Source of the DNA: Eubacteriales bacterium
GTDB taxonomy: Bacteria > Bacillota > Clostridia > Oscillospirales > CAG-272
Assembly: GCA_045632405.1 (NCBI GenBank)
Contig: JAZQWO010000054.1
Span: forward strand, 2,291-66,290
Direction of reading: 5' to 3'
Length of the DNA: 64,000 nucleotides
The number at the start of each line of letters is the position of its first letter. Positions within the stretch are counted from its first letter, which is position 1. Under the pieces are notes generated by a model. That model saw only the letters and a list, made by a program, of their open reading frames with translations. It did no database searches and was not told the DNA's origin. The position numbers and the translations under genes are program-made. Shown here piece after piece: positions 19,364-29,878 of this stretch.

Positions 19364-20280
19364 TATACTTGCCTCTTTAATTTTTCAAGTAGCTTTTGAA
19401 AGTTATCGGGTAGCTCGCACTCAAAGGTCACGATTTCCTTTGTGCGAGGGTGTGGAAAGGACAGGATTTTTGCGTGAAGGATTTGACCGTCAAGCAAGGC
19501 TTTGTTGTTTTTTTCAAAGGTGGTTTTGCCGCCACCGTAAACCTCGTCGCCTATTATTGGGTGACCTATGTAGCTTGTGTGGACTCTTATTTGGTGAGTT
19601 CTGCCTGTTTCAAGCTGAAAACGGGCATATGTAAACGAGGGGTATTCCTCTATTACCTCATAATGAGTTATAGCCTCTCTGCCACCTGCCACAACCGCCA
19701 TTTTCTTTCTGTCAACGGGGTGTCTGCCAATGGGCGCATTGACTGTGCCACTGTTTTCCTTATAATGTCCAACAACTATTGCGTGATAAACTCTTTTAAT
19801 GCCGTGATCCTTCAAAAGTGAGGACAAAAACACGTGGCTTTCGTCATTTTTAGCCACCACCAAAAGACCGCTTGTATCCTTGTCAATTCTATGCACAATG
19901 CCCGGGCGGATAACACCGTTAATGCCAGAAAGAGAGCCCTTGCAATGATACAAAAGGGCATTGACAAGTGTTCTGCTTTCGTTACCTGGGGCAGGATGGA
20001 CAACCATACCCGATGGCTTATTGATAACGATAATATCGTCATCCTCAAAAACTATGTCGAGGGGAATATTTTCCGCCTCTACATTCAGCTCCTTTGGCTC
20101 TTGCTCCTCTATTTCAATGTCATCGCCAAGGCGCATACGGTAATTCTTGCCCTCTGCCTTGCCGTTAACGGTGACAAGGCCTGCATCAATCATCCCCTGT
20201 GCACTGGAACGGGTGATGCCAAGAGTTTCAAAAACGTACACGTCTAGGCGTTTTTTTACATTTTCATCAGTTATTTTCAT
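19363..20280 (-). CDS. rluD: RluA-family 23S rRNA pseudouridine synthase
   Basis: S4 domain at the N-terminus. Motifs HRIDKDTSGLLVVAK and THQIRVH. Confidence 0.9.
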   Translation of the reverse strand: MKITDENVKKRLDVYVFETLGITRSSAQGMIDAGLVTVNGKAEGKNYRMRLGDDIEIEEQEPKELNVEAENIPLDIVFEDDDIIVINKPSGMVVHPAPGNESRTLVNALLYHCKGSLSGINGVIRPGIVHRIDKDTSGLLVVAKNDESHVFLSSLLKDHGIKRVYHAIVVGHYKENSGTVNAPIGRHPVDRKKMAVVAGGREAITHYEVIEEYPSFTYARFQLETGRTHQIRVHTSYIGHPIIGDEVYGGGKTTFEKNNKALLDGQILHAKILSFPHPRTKEIVTFECELPDNFQKLLEKLKRQV

Positions 20281-20767
20281 TTTTTACCTTTTTCTTCTTG
20301 CTCTCGTTTATTATGTCAAGAATAAGGGCAAGGACAACAAGTCCTGCACCAATGCATACAAACGCATCTGCCACGTTGAATATCCATTTCCAAAAATCGA
20401 AAAGGCAGAAATCTATCATATCAACTACATAGCCGTAGGCAACTCTGTCTATCATATTTCCAATTCCGCCGCCCGCTATAAAAGCAAGACCGATTTGCAA
20501 AATCATTCTTTCACGGCAGAAGCCGAAAAGATAAAAGCAAATGCCACCAATGGCAACGATAGATATAACCATAAACACCCACCTGTGATTTGCAAGCATA
20601 CCAAATGCCGCGCCTCTGTTTTGAATGTATGTCAAATTCAGTGCGTTTGGGATTATAGGAATGCTTTGTCCAAGTGTCATAAGCTTCAAAACAAGTATTT
20701 TTGTCACCTGGTCAAGAAGCACCACACCAAGAATTACAGGCAGTAAAACAATCAGCTTCTTTTTCAT
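20267..20767 (-). CDS. lspA: lipoprotein signal peptidase II
   Basis: Motifs NRGAAFGML and GNMIDR. Confidence 0.9.
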   Translation of the reverse strand: MKKKLIVLLPVILGVVLLDQVTKILVLKLMTLGQSIPIIPNALNLTYIQNRGAAFGMLANHRWVFMVISIVAIGGICFYLFGFCRERMILQIGLAFIAGGGIGNMIDRVAYGYVVDMIDFCLFDFWKWIFNVADAFVCIGAGLVVLALILDIINESKKKKVKNENN

Positions 20768-20777
20768 TAAAGTTCTC

Positions 20778-21053
20778 CTAAAGCACCGACGCCAGATACC
20801 TTACAACGCCGGAGAGTAAATTCACAAGAATAACCACCACGATAAAGGAAATATCTATGGGGCATCTCCTTGCCCATTCCATTTTCATAACCAAATCACG
20901 CACAGGGCTCAAAATAGGCTCGGTGATTGTATATGAAATACGGTAAATTATAGAATCTCTTGACGATGGAATCCAAGAGCAAATGGCTCTAGCTATGAGC
21001 ATTATGTCAAAAAGGCTCAGTATCAAATTTATTATATAGAAAATTACACCCAT
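20778..21053 (-). CDS. YggT family membrane protein
   Basis: 91 aa with two TM helices, in the conserved sepF-yggT neighbourhood. Confidence 0.75.
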   Translation of the reverse strand: MGVIFYIINLILSLFDIMLIARAICSWIPSSRDSIIYRISYTITEPILSPVRDLVMKMEWARRCPIDISFIVVVILVNLLSGVVRYLASVL

Positions 21054-21069
21054 TAAAGTCTAATCCCCC

Positions 21070-21471
21070 TTAAATGTCAAAAAATTCGTCCTCGTCATCA
21101 TCTGTATTTTCAAACGCCTCACCGCTTACGTCAACATCATTTGGTGCTATGCAATATGAGTTGTCGGTTGCCTTTTTAATGGCAACGCGCATAGCATATG
21201 CCGCACCGCTGATAAAGTCTATCATACGGCGGTAAAGGCTTGGCTCAACACCCTCTAAGTTCAAAAGCACGGTTTTTCCTGCTCTCAAATGGTCAACGGC
21301 AGACAAAAGCTGCTGCATTGTCTTGGGACGGAAAATTTTAAGCTCCAGGGAGCTACCCTCAAGAGTGGCGTTAGCTTCCACATCCACGGTTTCGCCCTCT
21401 ACCTCGTACTCCTCTTCCTCGTCCTCGTAATCGTCATAATTTCTTTTTCTGAATCTTGAAAAAATGCCCAT
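21070..21471 (-). CDS. sepF: cell division protein SepF
   Basis: I chose the start MGIFSRFRKR at 21471, behind a GGAGAAAGG RBS. The core motif is TVLLNLEGV...RMIDFISGAAYA. Confidence 0.85.
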   Translation of the reverse strand: MGIFSRFRKRNYDDYEDEEEEYEVEGETVDVEANATLEGSSLELKIFRPKTMQQLLSAVDHLRAGKTVLLNLEGVEPSLYRRMIDFISGAAYAMRVAIKKATDNSYCIAPNDVDVSGEAFENTDDDEDEFFDI

Positions 21472-21472
21472 T

Positions 21473-22153
21473 TTAGTATTTCCTTTCTCCAAATATGCGG
21501 CTGCCAACTCTCACAAGATTAGCCCCCGCTTCAAGCGCGTAGGTATAGCTCTCACTCATACCCATTGACAAAATAGCATCCTCGTCGTTTTTGAACAAGC
21601 GGTCAAAAAGCTCCTTTGTTTCCCCAAAATATTTGAGGTACTCCTCTCGGCTTTGACACCTTGGTGCCATTGTCATAAGTCCGCGCACGCGTACATTCGC
21701 AAACAATTTTGCTTTTTTGTAAAAATCAGACACGTCCTCAGGCAAAATGCCACCCTTGGACTCCTCTCTGCCACTGTTTACCTCTAAAAGCACGTCCATT
21801 ATTTTGTTGATTTTGGCGGCGCGCTTATTTATTTCCTCAAGCAAGGAAAGCTTGTCAACAGAGTGAATAAGGCTAACCTTGTCGATAATATATTTTACCT
21901 TGTTTGTCTGGAGTGTGCCGATAAAGTGAAGCTCCTTTGTTTTGTCGTAGCTATCGTACTTTTCAAGAAGCTCGTTCACCTTGTTCTCTCCAATTATGCA
22001 ATCTCCCAAGGAGCACACATAATTTATGTCATCTGCATTTTGCATTTTTGTTGCAATAAGCAGCTTGGCTTTTCCTGTCCTGTCATACGTTGCTATATCA
22101 GCGCACACCTTTTCGTAATTCCGTTTAAGGGTCTCCTTATCCATTAAAATCAC
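21473..22153 (-). CDS. YggS/YlmE family pyridoxal-phosphate homeostasis protein
   Basis: Motifs LLIATKMQ, HFIGTLQTNKVKY and SMGMS. Confidence 0.85.
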   Translation of the reverse strand: MILMDKETLKRNYEKVCADIATYDRTGKAKLLIATKMQNADDINYVCSLGDCIIGENKVNELLEKYDSYDKTKELHFIGTLQTNKVKYIIDKVSLIHSVDKLSLLEEINKRAAKINKIMDVLLEVNSGREESKGGILPEDVSDFYKKAKLFANVRVRGLMTMAPRCQSREEYLKYFGETKELFDRLFKNDEDAILSMGMSESYTYALEAGANLVRVGSRIFGERKY

Positions 22154-23063
22154 CTAAAATCCTTACTGCTTCCTCTATGGGATTTACCTTGTCCACGTAT
22201 ATTTTGTGGTAATTCTTCTTTTTGTTAAACCAGGTCAGCTGGCGCTTTGCGTAATGGCGCGTTGCCATTTTAAGCTCTGCCACTCCCACGTCAATTGTGC
22301 CCGTGCCATTGACAACAGGAATAAGCTCCTTGTAGCCGATAGCTCCGCTTGATGTGTAGCGAGGCTCAAGCAAGCCTGCCTCGTAAAGTCCGCGCACCTC
22401 AAACATAAGACCCTCTGCCATCATAATATCAACGCGTCTGTCTATACGACGGTATAGCTCCTCTCTATCCTCGCAGGTGAGGAAAAGCACCTCTGCCTCA
22501 TATGGCGGCTTGGCTTCCTTGGAGCGAGCATCCCACTCGCTTTTGGTAACGCCTGTGCATTTGTAAATTTCAAGAGCGCGTATAACTCTTTTAAGGTTGT
22601 TTTTGTGAGTAGCCTCGGCACTTTCGGGGTCAACCTCGGCAAGCATCTTGTGTACCGCCTCGTTGCCCTCTGCTTTTGCTAATTCCTCAAGCTCGCGCCT
22701 GTATGCCTCATCCTTTGCGGTTTCGCAAAAGGAAGGAATTTCAATAACACTGTCAAGATATAAGCCTGTGCCGCCGCAAAAAATAGGAGTTTTTCCTCTC
22801 TTTTGTATGTCAGCTATAGCTTTTTTGGCAAGGGTGGCATAATCCGCGCAGGAAAAGCATTGGTCGGGACTTTTGATGTCAATCAGGTGATGCTTCACCT
22901 GTGCTAATTCTTCCCTGGTCGGCTTGGCAGTGCCAATGTCCATACCCTTATATACCTGCATAGAATCGCAGGAAATTATCTCGCCATTATATCGCTTGGC
23001 AAGCTCTAATGCCAAGGCGGTTTTACCCACCGCCGTCGGCCCTACTATTGCTATTATTTTCAT
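22137..23063 (-). CDS. miaA: tRNA dimethylallyltransferase
   Basis: I chose the start MKIIAIVGPTAVGKT (P-loop) at 23063. Also DSMQVYKGMDIGTAKP. Confidence 0.9.
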   Translation of the reverse strand: MKIIAIVGPTAVGKTALALELAKRYNGEIISCDSMQVYKGMDIGTAKPTREELAQVKHHLIDIKSPDQCFSCADYATLAKKAIADIQKRGKTPIFCGGTGLYLDSVIEIPSFCETAKDEAYRRELEELAKAEGNEAVHKMLAEVDPESAEATHKNNLKRVIRALEIYKCTGVTKSEWDARSKEAKPPYEAEVLFLTCEDREELYRRIDRRVDIMMAEGLMFEVRGLYEAGLLEPRYTSSGAIGYKELIPVVNGTGTIDVGVAELKMATRHYAKRQLTWFNKKKNYHKIYVDKVNPIEEAVRILGDFNG

Positions 23064-23189
23064 TTTTTCTCCAAAAATCAATGACTGTTTCAATTAAAAA
23101 TTCATAAATCTTAACGGGTCATTCGTGAATGCCCCCTACAATACTTTATCTCTATGAGGGAAATTCGCTGTCAGGCAAGACGCACCGAA

Positions 23190-24284
23190 TTATTCGATGA
23201 GCATTGCATCCCCAAAGGAAAAAAATCTGTATTTTTCATTGACCGCCGTTTTGTAAACATCCATCATTCTTTCCTTACCTGCCAGGGCGGATACAAGCAT
23301 CAAAAGCGTGCTTTCGGGCAGGTGGAAGTTTGTTATCAATGTATCTACCGCCTTGAATTTGTAGCCCGGGTAGATAAATATTCCTGTTTCACCACTTACG
23401 GCTTGAATTTCACCGTTTTCCGTAGCAACACTTTCCAAAACGCGGCAGGATGTTGTGCCAACGGCAATAATTCTGCCCCCTGCCCTCTTGCGCTCATTTA
23501 TAATGCGCGCGCTTTCGGGAGTGACGGAAATGTACTCCGCGTGCATAATATGGTCGGTTATTTTATCAGCCTTAACAGGGCGGAATGTGCCAAGACCTAC
23601 ATGGAGCATAACAGGAACAATTTTAATCCCCTTGGCTTCAATTTTTGCCATCAGCTCCTTTGTAAAGTGCAAGCCCGCGGTTGGAGCAGCACTTGAGCCG
23701 TTTTCCCTTGCATATACGGTTTGATATCTTTCGCGGTCGTCAAGCTTTTCCGTTATGTAGGGGGGCAAGGGCATTGAGCCTATTATGTTCAAAACCTCGA
23801 AAATGCTTGAATATTTTCCCGTATCGTAGGAAAACTCCACAATACGGTTGCCGTCCTCTACAATTTCAACAACTGTGGCTTCCAAGATATCACCGTATTT
23901 AATTTTGCCGCCGATTTTAATTTTCTTGGCAGGGCGAAGAAGCACCTCCCAACGGTTTTGTGCTTTTTGCTTTAGCAAAAGAGTTTCTATTTGCGAGGGG
24001 GCAGATGCAAAATCGTCACCTTGCCTTACCTTTTCACCGAAAATTCTTGCAGGAATAACGCGGGAATCGTTAATAACAAGGGTATCTCCCTCGTTTAAGT
24101 AATCTATTATATCGTAAAAGTGCTTATGCTCCAAGCCCCCATCCCTTTTCACAACCAAAAGGCGTGAGTGGTCGCGAGGCTCAATTGGAGTTTGAGCAAT
24201 TTGTCCCTCAGGTAAATCATAGTAAAAGTCCTTGGTGGACAAGTCAGTTTTAGGTAATTCGTTTCTTATCATTGTAGCAAACAT
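23190..24284 (-). CDS. queA: S-adenosylmethionine:tRNA ribosyltransferase-isomerase
   Basis: Motifs DFYYDLPEGQIAQTP, AAPTAGLHFT and AVGTTSCR. The start may instead be ATG 24272. Confidence 0.9.
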   Translation of the reverse strand: MFATMIRNELPKTDLSTKDFYYDLPEGQIAQTPIEPRDHSRLLVVKRDGGLEHKHFYDIIDYLNEGDTLVINDSRVIPARIFGEKVRQGDDFASAPSQIETLLLKQKAQNRWEVLLRPAKKIKIGGKIKYGDILEATVVEIVEDGNRIVEFSYDTGKYSSIFEVLNIIGSMPLPPYITEKLDDRERYQTVYARENGSSAAPTAGLHFTKELMAKIEAKGIKIVPVMLHVGLGTFRPVKADKITDHIMHAEYISVTPESARIINERKRAGGRIIAVGTTSCRVLESVATENGEIQAVSGETGIFIYPGYKFKAVDTLITNFHLPESTLLMLVSALAGKERMMDVYKTAVNEKYRFFSFGDAMLIE

Positions 24285-24387
24285 TTTCCTTCAAGCATAA
24301 TATGTAGTGATACTTCTCTATCTTATTATTTTATAATATTTTCCGCATTTTTTCAAGTACTTTTACAATTTTGGAGGAATTTAGCGT

Positions 24388-25272
24388 ATGGGTAGAAAAA
24401 AGAGCTTGTTTTTTGGCTGCGCCACTGCCATTATAACCCCATTTTCCGAGGGGTATGTGGACTATTGCGCCTTTGGTGAGCTGATAGAATATCAGCTATC
24501 AAACGGAGCAGATGCCATAGTAGTCCTTGGTACAACGGGGGAAGCGCCCACTGTTTATGAAAATGAGCGCTGCGAGATTATCACCTTCGCAAAGCGAAAA
24601 ATCAAGGGCAGAGTGCCGCTCATTGTGGGCACAGGCTCAAATGCCACGTCCGTTGCTGTCCGTTACACAAAAATGGCTGAGCAGCAGGGGGCGGACGGCT
24701 GTCTTGTGGTTTCCCCATACTATAATAAGGCAACGACTCCAGGTCTTATCCAGCATTACAAGGCGGTTGCCAAGAGCGTGAAAATTCCCATCATTATGTA
24801 TAACGTGCCCTCTCGCACAGGGGTGAACATACCGATGGACGTGTATCGGGCGCTCGCTCCCATAGATAACATAGTAGGAATAAAGGAAGCAGGGGGCAAT
24901 TTGGGCTATACTGCCGAAATTTTGGAAAAATACGGTGATAGCTTTGACCTGTACACAGGCTGCGATGAGCTTATTTTGCCTACTCTTGCCTTGGGCGGCA
25001 AGGGTGCAGTTTCTGTTGTTTCCAACATTTTACCCAGCTACGTGCATCAGCTTTGTGCCGAATATAGGAATGGAAATGTGGAAAAAGCCAAGGAAATTCA
25101 GTTGTATCTGACCCCCATTATCAAGGAGCTTTTTGCGGAGATAAATCCCATTCCCGTAAAAACCGCTCTTTACAAAATGGGGATGTGCAAAAACGAATTC
25201 CGCTTGCCTCTGTGCCACTCTACAAGAGAGAAGCAAATTGGCGAATTGCTAAAGAAATACTGCTTATTATAA
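24388..25272 (+). CDS. dapA: 4-hydroxy-tetrahydrodipicolinate synthase
   Basis: Motifs GTTGEAPT, YNVPSRTG and IVGIKEA. Confidence 0.9.
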   Translation: MGRKKSLFFGCATAIITPFSEGYVDYCAFGELIEYQLSNGADAIVVLGTTGEAPTVYENERCEIITFAKRKIKGRVPLIVGTGSNATSVAVRYTKMAEQQGADGCLVVSPYYNKATTPGLIQHYKAVAKSVKIPIIMYNVPSRTGVNIPMDVYRALAPIDNIVGIKEAGGNLGYTAEILEKYGDSFDLYTGCDELILPTLALGGKGAVSVVSNILPSYVHQLCAEYRNGNVEKAKEIQLYLTPIIKELFAEINPIPVKTALYKMGMCKNEFRLPLCHSTREKQIGELLKKYCLL

Positions 25273-25294
25273 GGCGCGTTTTCGCGCCTTTTTT
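25272..25294 (+). terminator. rho-independent terminator of dapA
   Basis: AGGCGCG-TTTT-CGCGCCT followed by a T-run. Confidence 0.75.
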
Positions 25295-25392
25295 GTGCTT
25301 CTGGTAAAAATTCGCAAAAACTCTTGAATTTGAGTGTGTTTTAATATATTATATAGGTATCACATAAAAATTAAGGACAAGGAGAGATTTTT

Positions 25393-26841
25393 ATGAATAT
25401 CAGCCAAAGACACTTAACTATGCTATGCGACTTTTACGAGCTTACCATGGCGCGTGGATATTTCCACTCAGACATTAAGGACAAAATTGCGTACTTTGAT
25501 GTTTTTTTCAGAAAAGTGCCCGACGGTGGCGGATACGCCATTGCCGCAGGTCTTGAGCAAATAATCGAATATATCAAGTCCATCAAATTTGAAAAGAGCG
25601 ACATTGATTATCTCCGTTCAAAGAACATCTTTGACGAGGAATTTCTTTCATATCTTGAGGGCTTTCGCTTTACAGGTGACATTTGGGCAGTGCCTGAGGG
25701 AACTGTTATTTTCCCAAACGAGCCTATTTTGACTGTGCGTGCCCCTGCTATGGAAGCGCAGTTTATCGAAACATTTATTCTTTTGATATTTAATCACCAG
25801 TGTCTTGTTGCCACAAAGGCATCAAGAATTGTGCGCGCTGCACAGGGTCGCCCTGTTTCCGAGTTTGGCTCACGCCGTGCCCACGGACCCGATGCCGCAA
25901 TTTACGGTGCCCGTGCCGCTTACATTGGCGGCTGCTCATCTACTGCTTGTGCTTTGTCCGACATTATGTTTGGCGTGCCTGCAGGTGGCACTATGGCGCA
26001 CTCCTGGGTGCAGATGTTTGACACTGAGTATGAGGCTTTCAAAACATATTGTCAGCTTTACCCCAAGAACCCTACTCTGCTTGTTGATACCTATAATGTG
26101 CTTGAAAGCGGCATTCCAAACGCAATCAAGGTCTTCAAAGAGGTGCTGACAGAGGAAGAGCAGCAAAATTGCGCTATCCGTCTTGACTCAGGTGATATCA
26201 CATATCTTACAAAGAAGATAAGGAAAATTCTTGATGGTGCCGGACTGCCTAAGTGTAGGATTGTTGTTTCCAACTCTCTTGACGAGTATATCATCCGCGA
26301 CATCCTTATGCAAGGCGCACAGGTCGATGCCTTTGGCGTTGGTGAGCGTATGATAACCTCAAAGAGCGAGCCTGTTTTCGGCTGTGTTTACAAGCTAAGC
26401 GCCGTTGAAAACGAGCAGGGCGAGATTGTGCCAAAAATTAAAATCAGCGAAAACATTGTTAAAATCACAAACCCCGATTTCAAAAAGCTGTACCGCTTCT
26501 ACTCCCGTGATACAGGCAAGGCAGAGGCAGATTTGCTAACCGTTCATGACGAGGTTATCGACGAGAGTTTGCCATATGAGCTTTTCGACCCTGCCCATGT
26601 TTGGAAGCGCAAGACCATGGAAAACTATGCTTTGCGTGAGCTTTTAGTTCCTATTTTCGTCAAAGGTGAGTGCGTTTACAACTCCCCTTCTGTTTCCGAA
26701 ATCAAAGAAAACTGTCGCCGCGAGCTTGAGTCTATGTGGGACGAGGTGTTAAGATTTGAAAACCCACACAACTATTATGTTGACCTTTCTCAAAAGCTTT
26801 GGGACGAAAAGCACGCATTGCTCAAAAAAAGACATCAATAG
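25393..26841 (+). CDS. pncB: nicotinate phosphoribosyltransferase
   Basis: 482 aa. Motifs LCDFYELTMA and EFGSRRAHG. Confidence 0.9.
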   Translation: MNISQRHLTMLCDFYELTMARGYFHSDIKDKIAYFDVFFRKVPDGGGYAIAAGLEQIIEYIKSIKFEKSDIDYLRSKNIFDEEFLSYLEGFRFTGDIWAVPEGTVIFPNEPILTVRAPAMEAQFIETFILLIFNHQCLVATKASRIVRAAQGRPVSEFGSRRAHGPDAAIYGARAAYIGGCSSTACALSDIMFGVPAGGTMAHSWVQMFDTEYEAFKTYCQLYPKNPTLLVDTYNVLESGIPNAIKVFKEVLTEEEQQNCAIRLDSGDITYLTKKIRKILDGAGLPKCRIVVSNSLDEYIIRDILMQGAQVDAFGVGERMITSKSEPVFGCVYKLSAVENEQGEIVPKIKISENIVKITNPDFKKLYRFYSRDTGKAEADLLTVHDEVIDESLPYELFDPAHVWKRKTMENYALRELLVPIFVKGECVYNSPSVSEIKENCRRELESMWDEVLRFENPHNYYVDLSQKLWDEKHALLKKRHQ

Positions 26842-26871
26842 AACACGACAACAAGGGAACACAAAGAAACA

Positions 26872-27744
26872 ATGAAAACCACCAGAGCAATTTATATTAT
26901 CATTTTTTGTGTATGCCTCATTCTTATTGCGGGGATGTGCATATTTGAATTTACTAAAACGGGTACGCTTAGCCAAAGGGCTATCATATCATCAATCGGT
27001 ATTGGACTGGCATCTGTCATTTTTCTTGCCAAGGGCTTTTTGCGAACAAGCGGTGCAAAAACCGACCTGCGAGTTTACGAGTCCGAAAACAAGAAGCATA
27101 TAGAAAATGCTTTTACAGAGCCGGGACGCGAAAAGCACAGACAAGCGCTTTTGATGGGCATTGATTATTTCACTACCCGTCAGTACAAAAAAGGTATCAA
27201 GCACCTTGAGAGTCTTTTGAAAAAGTGCGAAACCACTTGGGATTTTTGTGCTGTTGAAACCTTTCTTGCCCTGTGCTATCACAGATTGGGAGCAAACAAC
27301 AAGGCAATTGAGATTTACGAGGATATTTTGAGGCGTGACCCTCGTCGCTCCACCGTATGGTCGAATCTTGGCAATCTTTATAACGATCTCGGTCAGTCAA
27401 GGAAAGCTCTTGACTGTCTTTCCAAGGCGATAGAAAACGACCCCGAAAACCCTTATGCTTACAGCAATATGTCCGGTGCCTTCATGGGCGTTGGTGCATA
27501 CGATTATGCCATTCCATACGCACAAAAGGCGCTTGAATTCAAATCAAATATGTATCAAGCATCAAGCAATATTGCAATTTCTCTTTATGCTATGGGAAAA
27601 TACGAGGATGCGGAGATATATTACAAGCACGCTGTCAAAAACGGTCAGGACCCGTCAACTCTTAGACGCGCTATGGAAATTTGCAAGGACTCTTTTGTGC
27701 CTTATGATGAGGACGAGGAAAGCAACGAGGAAACGGCTGAATAA
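26872..27744 (+). CDS. membrane-anchored tetratricopeptide-repeat protein
   Basis: Two N-terminal TM helices and then TPR units (AIEIYEDILRRDPRRSTVWSNLGNLY..., ALDCLSKAIENDPENPYAYSNM...). Confidence 0.75.
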   Translation: MKTTRAIYIIIFCVCLILIAGMCIFEFTKTGTLSQRAIISSIGIGLASVIFLAKGFLRTSGAKTDLRVYESENKKHIENAFTEPGREKHRQALLMGIDYFTTRQYKKGIKHLESLLKKCETTWDFCAVETFLALCYHRLGANNKAIEIYEDILRRDPRRSTVWSNLGNLYNDLGQSRKALDCLSKAIENDPENPYAYSNMSGAFMGVGAYDYAIPYAQKALEFKSNMYQASSNIAISLYAMGKYEDAEIYYKHAVKNGQDPSTLRRAMEICKDSFVPYDEDEESNEETAE

Positions 27745-27803
27745 ATAAAAATCGGCCTTCAATTTGCCGCGAATTTTGCGGATAGAAACGGATAAACAAC
27801 CTT

Positions 27804-28601
27804 ATGAACACACTAAAAATACTTACCCTAGGCGATATTTGCGGTCCGCGTGCCGTGGAATATTTGAAAAAGAGCCTTTGGAAATACCGCCGCGCCAACA
27901 AAATTGATTTTGTGGTGGCAAACGGAGAAAATGCAAGCGAGCCAAACGGCATTGACAAGCAAACGGCAGACACCCTTTTTGACGCGGGTGTTGATGTGAT
28001 TACCACAGGCAACCACGTTTGGAGAAAATCGGGAATATTTTCGTACCTTGATGACAAGGACGAGATTTTGCGCCCACTCAACTTTCCATCTGCTAACCCC
28101 GGTCACGGTGATGTCATAGCAACGGTAAACGGATATCGCGTGCTTGTTATGAACGTGCTTGGTCAAGCATATATGGACACTCCATCTGACCCATTTGAGG
28201 CGGTGGAAAAATGCCTCAATCGCCATGCGGGCAGATATGATTTTGCCATACTTGATATACACGCAGAGTCCACAGGCGAAAAAAAGGCTTTGGCTTACAA
28301 TTTTGCCGATGACGTGTCGATTATTTTCGGCACGCACACACACGTGCAAACAAGTGATGCTCAAATTTTGGGCGGCAAATGCGGCTATATAACCGACCTT
28401 GGTATGTGCGGAGATAACGACAGCATACTTGGTGTGAAAAAGGAAGCGGTTATATACAGAATGAAAACAAAAATGCTATCGAAATTCGATTTTGCCACAG
28501 AGGGCGAGATTGAATGTGGCGGTGCAATTTTTGAAATAAACACCAGCAATTGGCAGTGCGTTAGCTGTCAAGGAATAAAATTTACAGGAGAAATAAAATG
28601 A
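27804..28601 (+). CDS. YmdB-like (TIGR00282) metallophosphoesterase
   Basis: Motifs LKILTLGDICG, VVANGENAS, GNHVW and GTHTHVQT. Confidence 0.85.
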   Translation: MNTLKILTLGDICGPRAVEYLKKSLWKYRRANKIDFVVANGENASEPNGIDKQTADTLFDAGVDVITTGNHVWRKSGIFSYLDDKDEILRPLNFPSANPGHGDVIATVNGYRVLVMNVLGQAYMDTPSDPFEAVEKCLNRHAGRYDFAILDIHAESTGEKKALAYNFADDVSIIFGTHTHVQTSDAQILGGKCGYITDLGMCGDNDSILGVKKEAVIYRMKTKMLSKFDFATEGEIECGGAIFEINTSNWQCVSCQGIKFTGEIK

Positions 28602-29878
28602 TTACAAGCGAACTTTTAAAATACGTTAAAAACGGCGGCCTTAACGAGAAGCTTGCCGATATTTACGGTGAGGAAAATGTAGAAAGCCAGATTGAAAGAT
28701 ATACAAGTGCTATTTCCGAGTTTTTAGAAATTTACGGAGAGCGCGAAACCTCTATTTTCTCTGTTCCCGGCAGAAGCGAAATTTCCGGCAACCACACCGA
28801 CCATAACCACGGAAAGGTTTTGGCAGGCTCTATCAATCTTGATATTATTGCCATTTCCGCAAAGACAGACGACGGCGTTATCAGAATTAAAAGCCAGGGC
28901 TTCCCAGAGGATGTAATTGACACAAATTCATACACCTCCCCCGTTGAAACTGACTTTTTCAAGTCAGGCGCTCTCATTGCAGGTATGGCTCACGCATTTG
29001 ATGAGGCAGGCTACGAAAAGGGCGGCTACATAGCATACACAACCTCTAATGTATTCAAGGGCTCAGGTCTTTCATCCTCTGCCGCATTTGAGGTTATGGT
29101 TGGTAATATTTTGAATTTCTTCTATAACGACGGCAAGGTGGAAAACACAGAAATTGCAAAAATGGCACAGTATGCCGAAAATGTTTTCTTCGGTAAGCCC
29201 TGCGGTCTTATGGACCAGATGGCTTGCGCCGTTGGCGGATTTGTACATATTGACTTCAAAAACACAAAGAAGCCTGTTATTGAAAAAATCCCATTTGACT
29301 TGAGCGCAAGCGGCTATGCCCTTTGCATTGTGAACACAGGCGGCAACCACGCGGACTTGAACGACGACTATGCATCTGTTCCTGCGGAAATGAAGAGCGT
29401 TGCAAAGCTTTTCGGTGCTGAATATTTAAGACAAATTTCCAAGAAGAGAGTTCTTGACAACATTCAAGGTATAAGAGGCGCAGTTGGCGACAGAGCTATT
29501 TTGCGTGCAATCCACTTCTTCAACGAAAACGAGCGCGTTACCAAGCAGGCACGTGCCTTGAAAAACGGAAATCTTTCCACATTCTTCAGATACACAAAGG
29601 AATCAGGTCGCTCTAGCTTTATGTACCTGCAAAATGTATTTACCACAAAGAACGTATCCGAGCAGGGTCTTTCCTTGGCTCTTGCAATTACCGACTCCGT
29701 AATGAGCGGTAAGGGTGGCGCATTTAGAGTACACGGTGGTGGATTTGCAGGCACAATCCAGGCCTTTGTTCCATTCAGCCTTGTTGAAAAATACAGAAGC
29801 GCAATTGACTCTGCCTTTGGCAGAGGTGCTTGCCACGTGTTGAGAATTCGCAAGCACGGCGCTATCAAGGTTCTTTAA
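28598..29878 (+). CDS. GHMP-family sugar kinase (galactokinase-like)
   Basis: PGRSEISGNHTDHNHG (galactokinase signature variant) and GSGLSSSAAF (GHMP ATP site). Confidence 0.75.
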   Translation: MITSELLKYVKNGGLNEKLADIYGEENVESQIERYTSAISEFLEIYGERETSIFSVPGRSEISGNHTDHNHGKVLAGSINLDIIAISAKTDDGVIRIKSQGFPEDVIDTNSYTSPVETDFFKSGALIAGMAHAFDEAGYEKGGYIAYTTSNVFKGSGLSSSAAFEVMVGNILNFFYNDGKVENTEIAKMAQYAENVFFGKPCGLMDQMACAVGGFVHIDFKNTKKPVIEKIPFDLSASGYALCIVNTGGNHADLNDDYASVPAEMKSVAKLFGAEYLRQISKKRVLDNIQGIRGAVGDRAILRAIHFFNENERVTKQARALKNGNLSTFFRYTKESGRSSFMYLQNVFTTKNVSEQGLSLALAITDSVMSGKGGAFRVHGGGFAGTIQAFVPFSLVEKYRSAIDSAFGRGACHVLRIRKHGAIKVL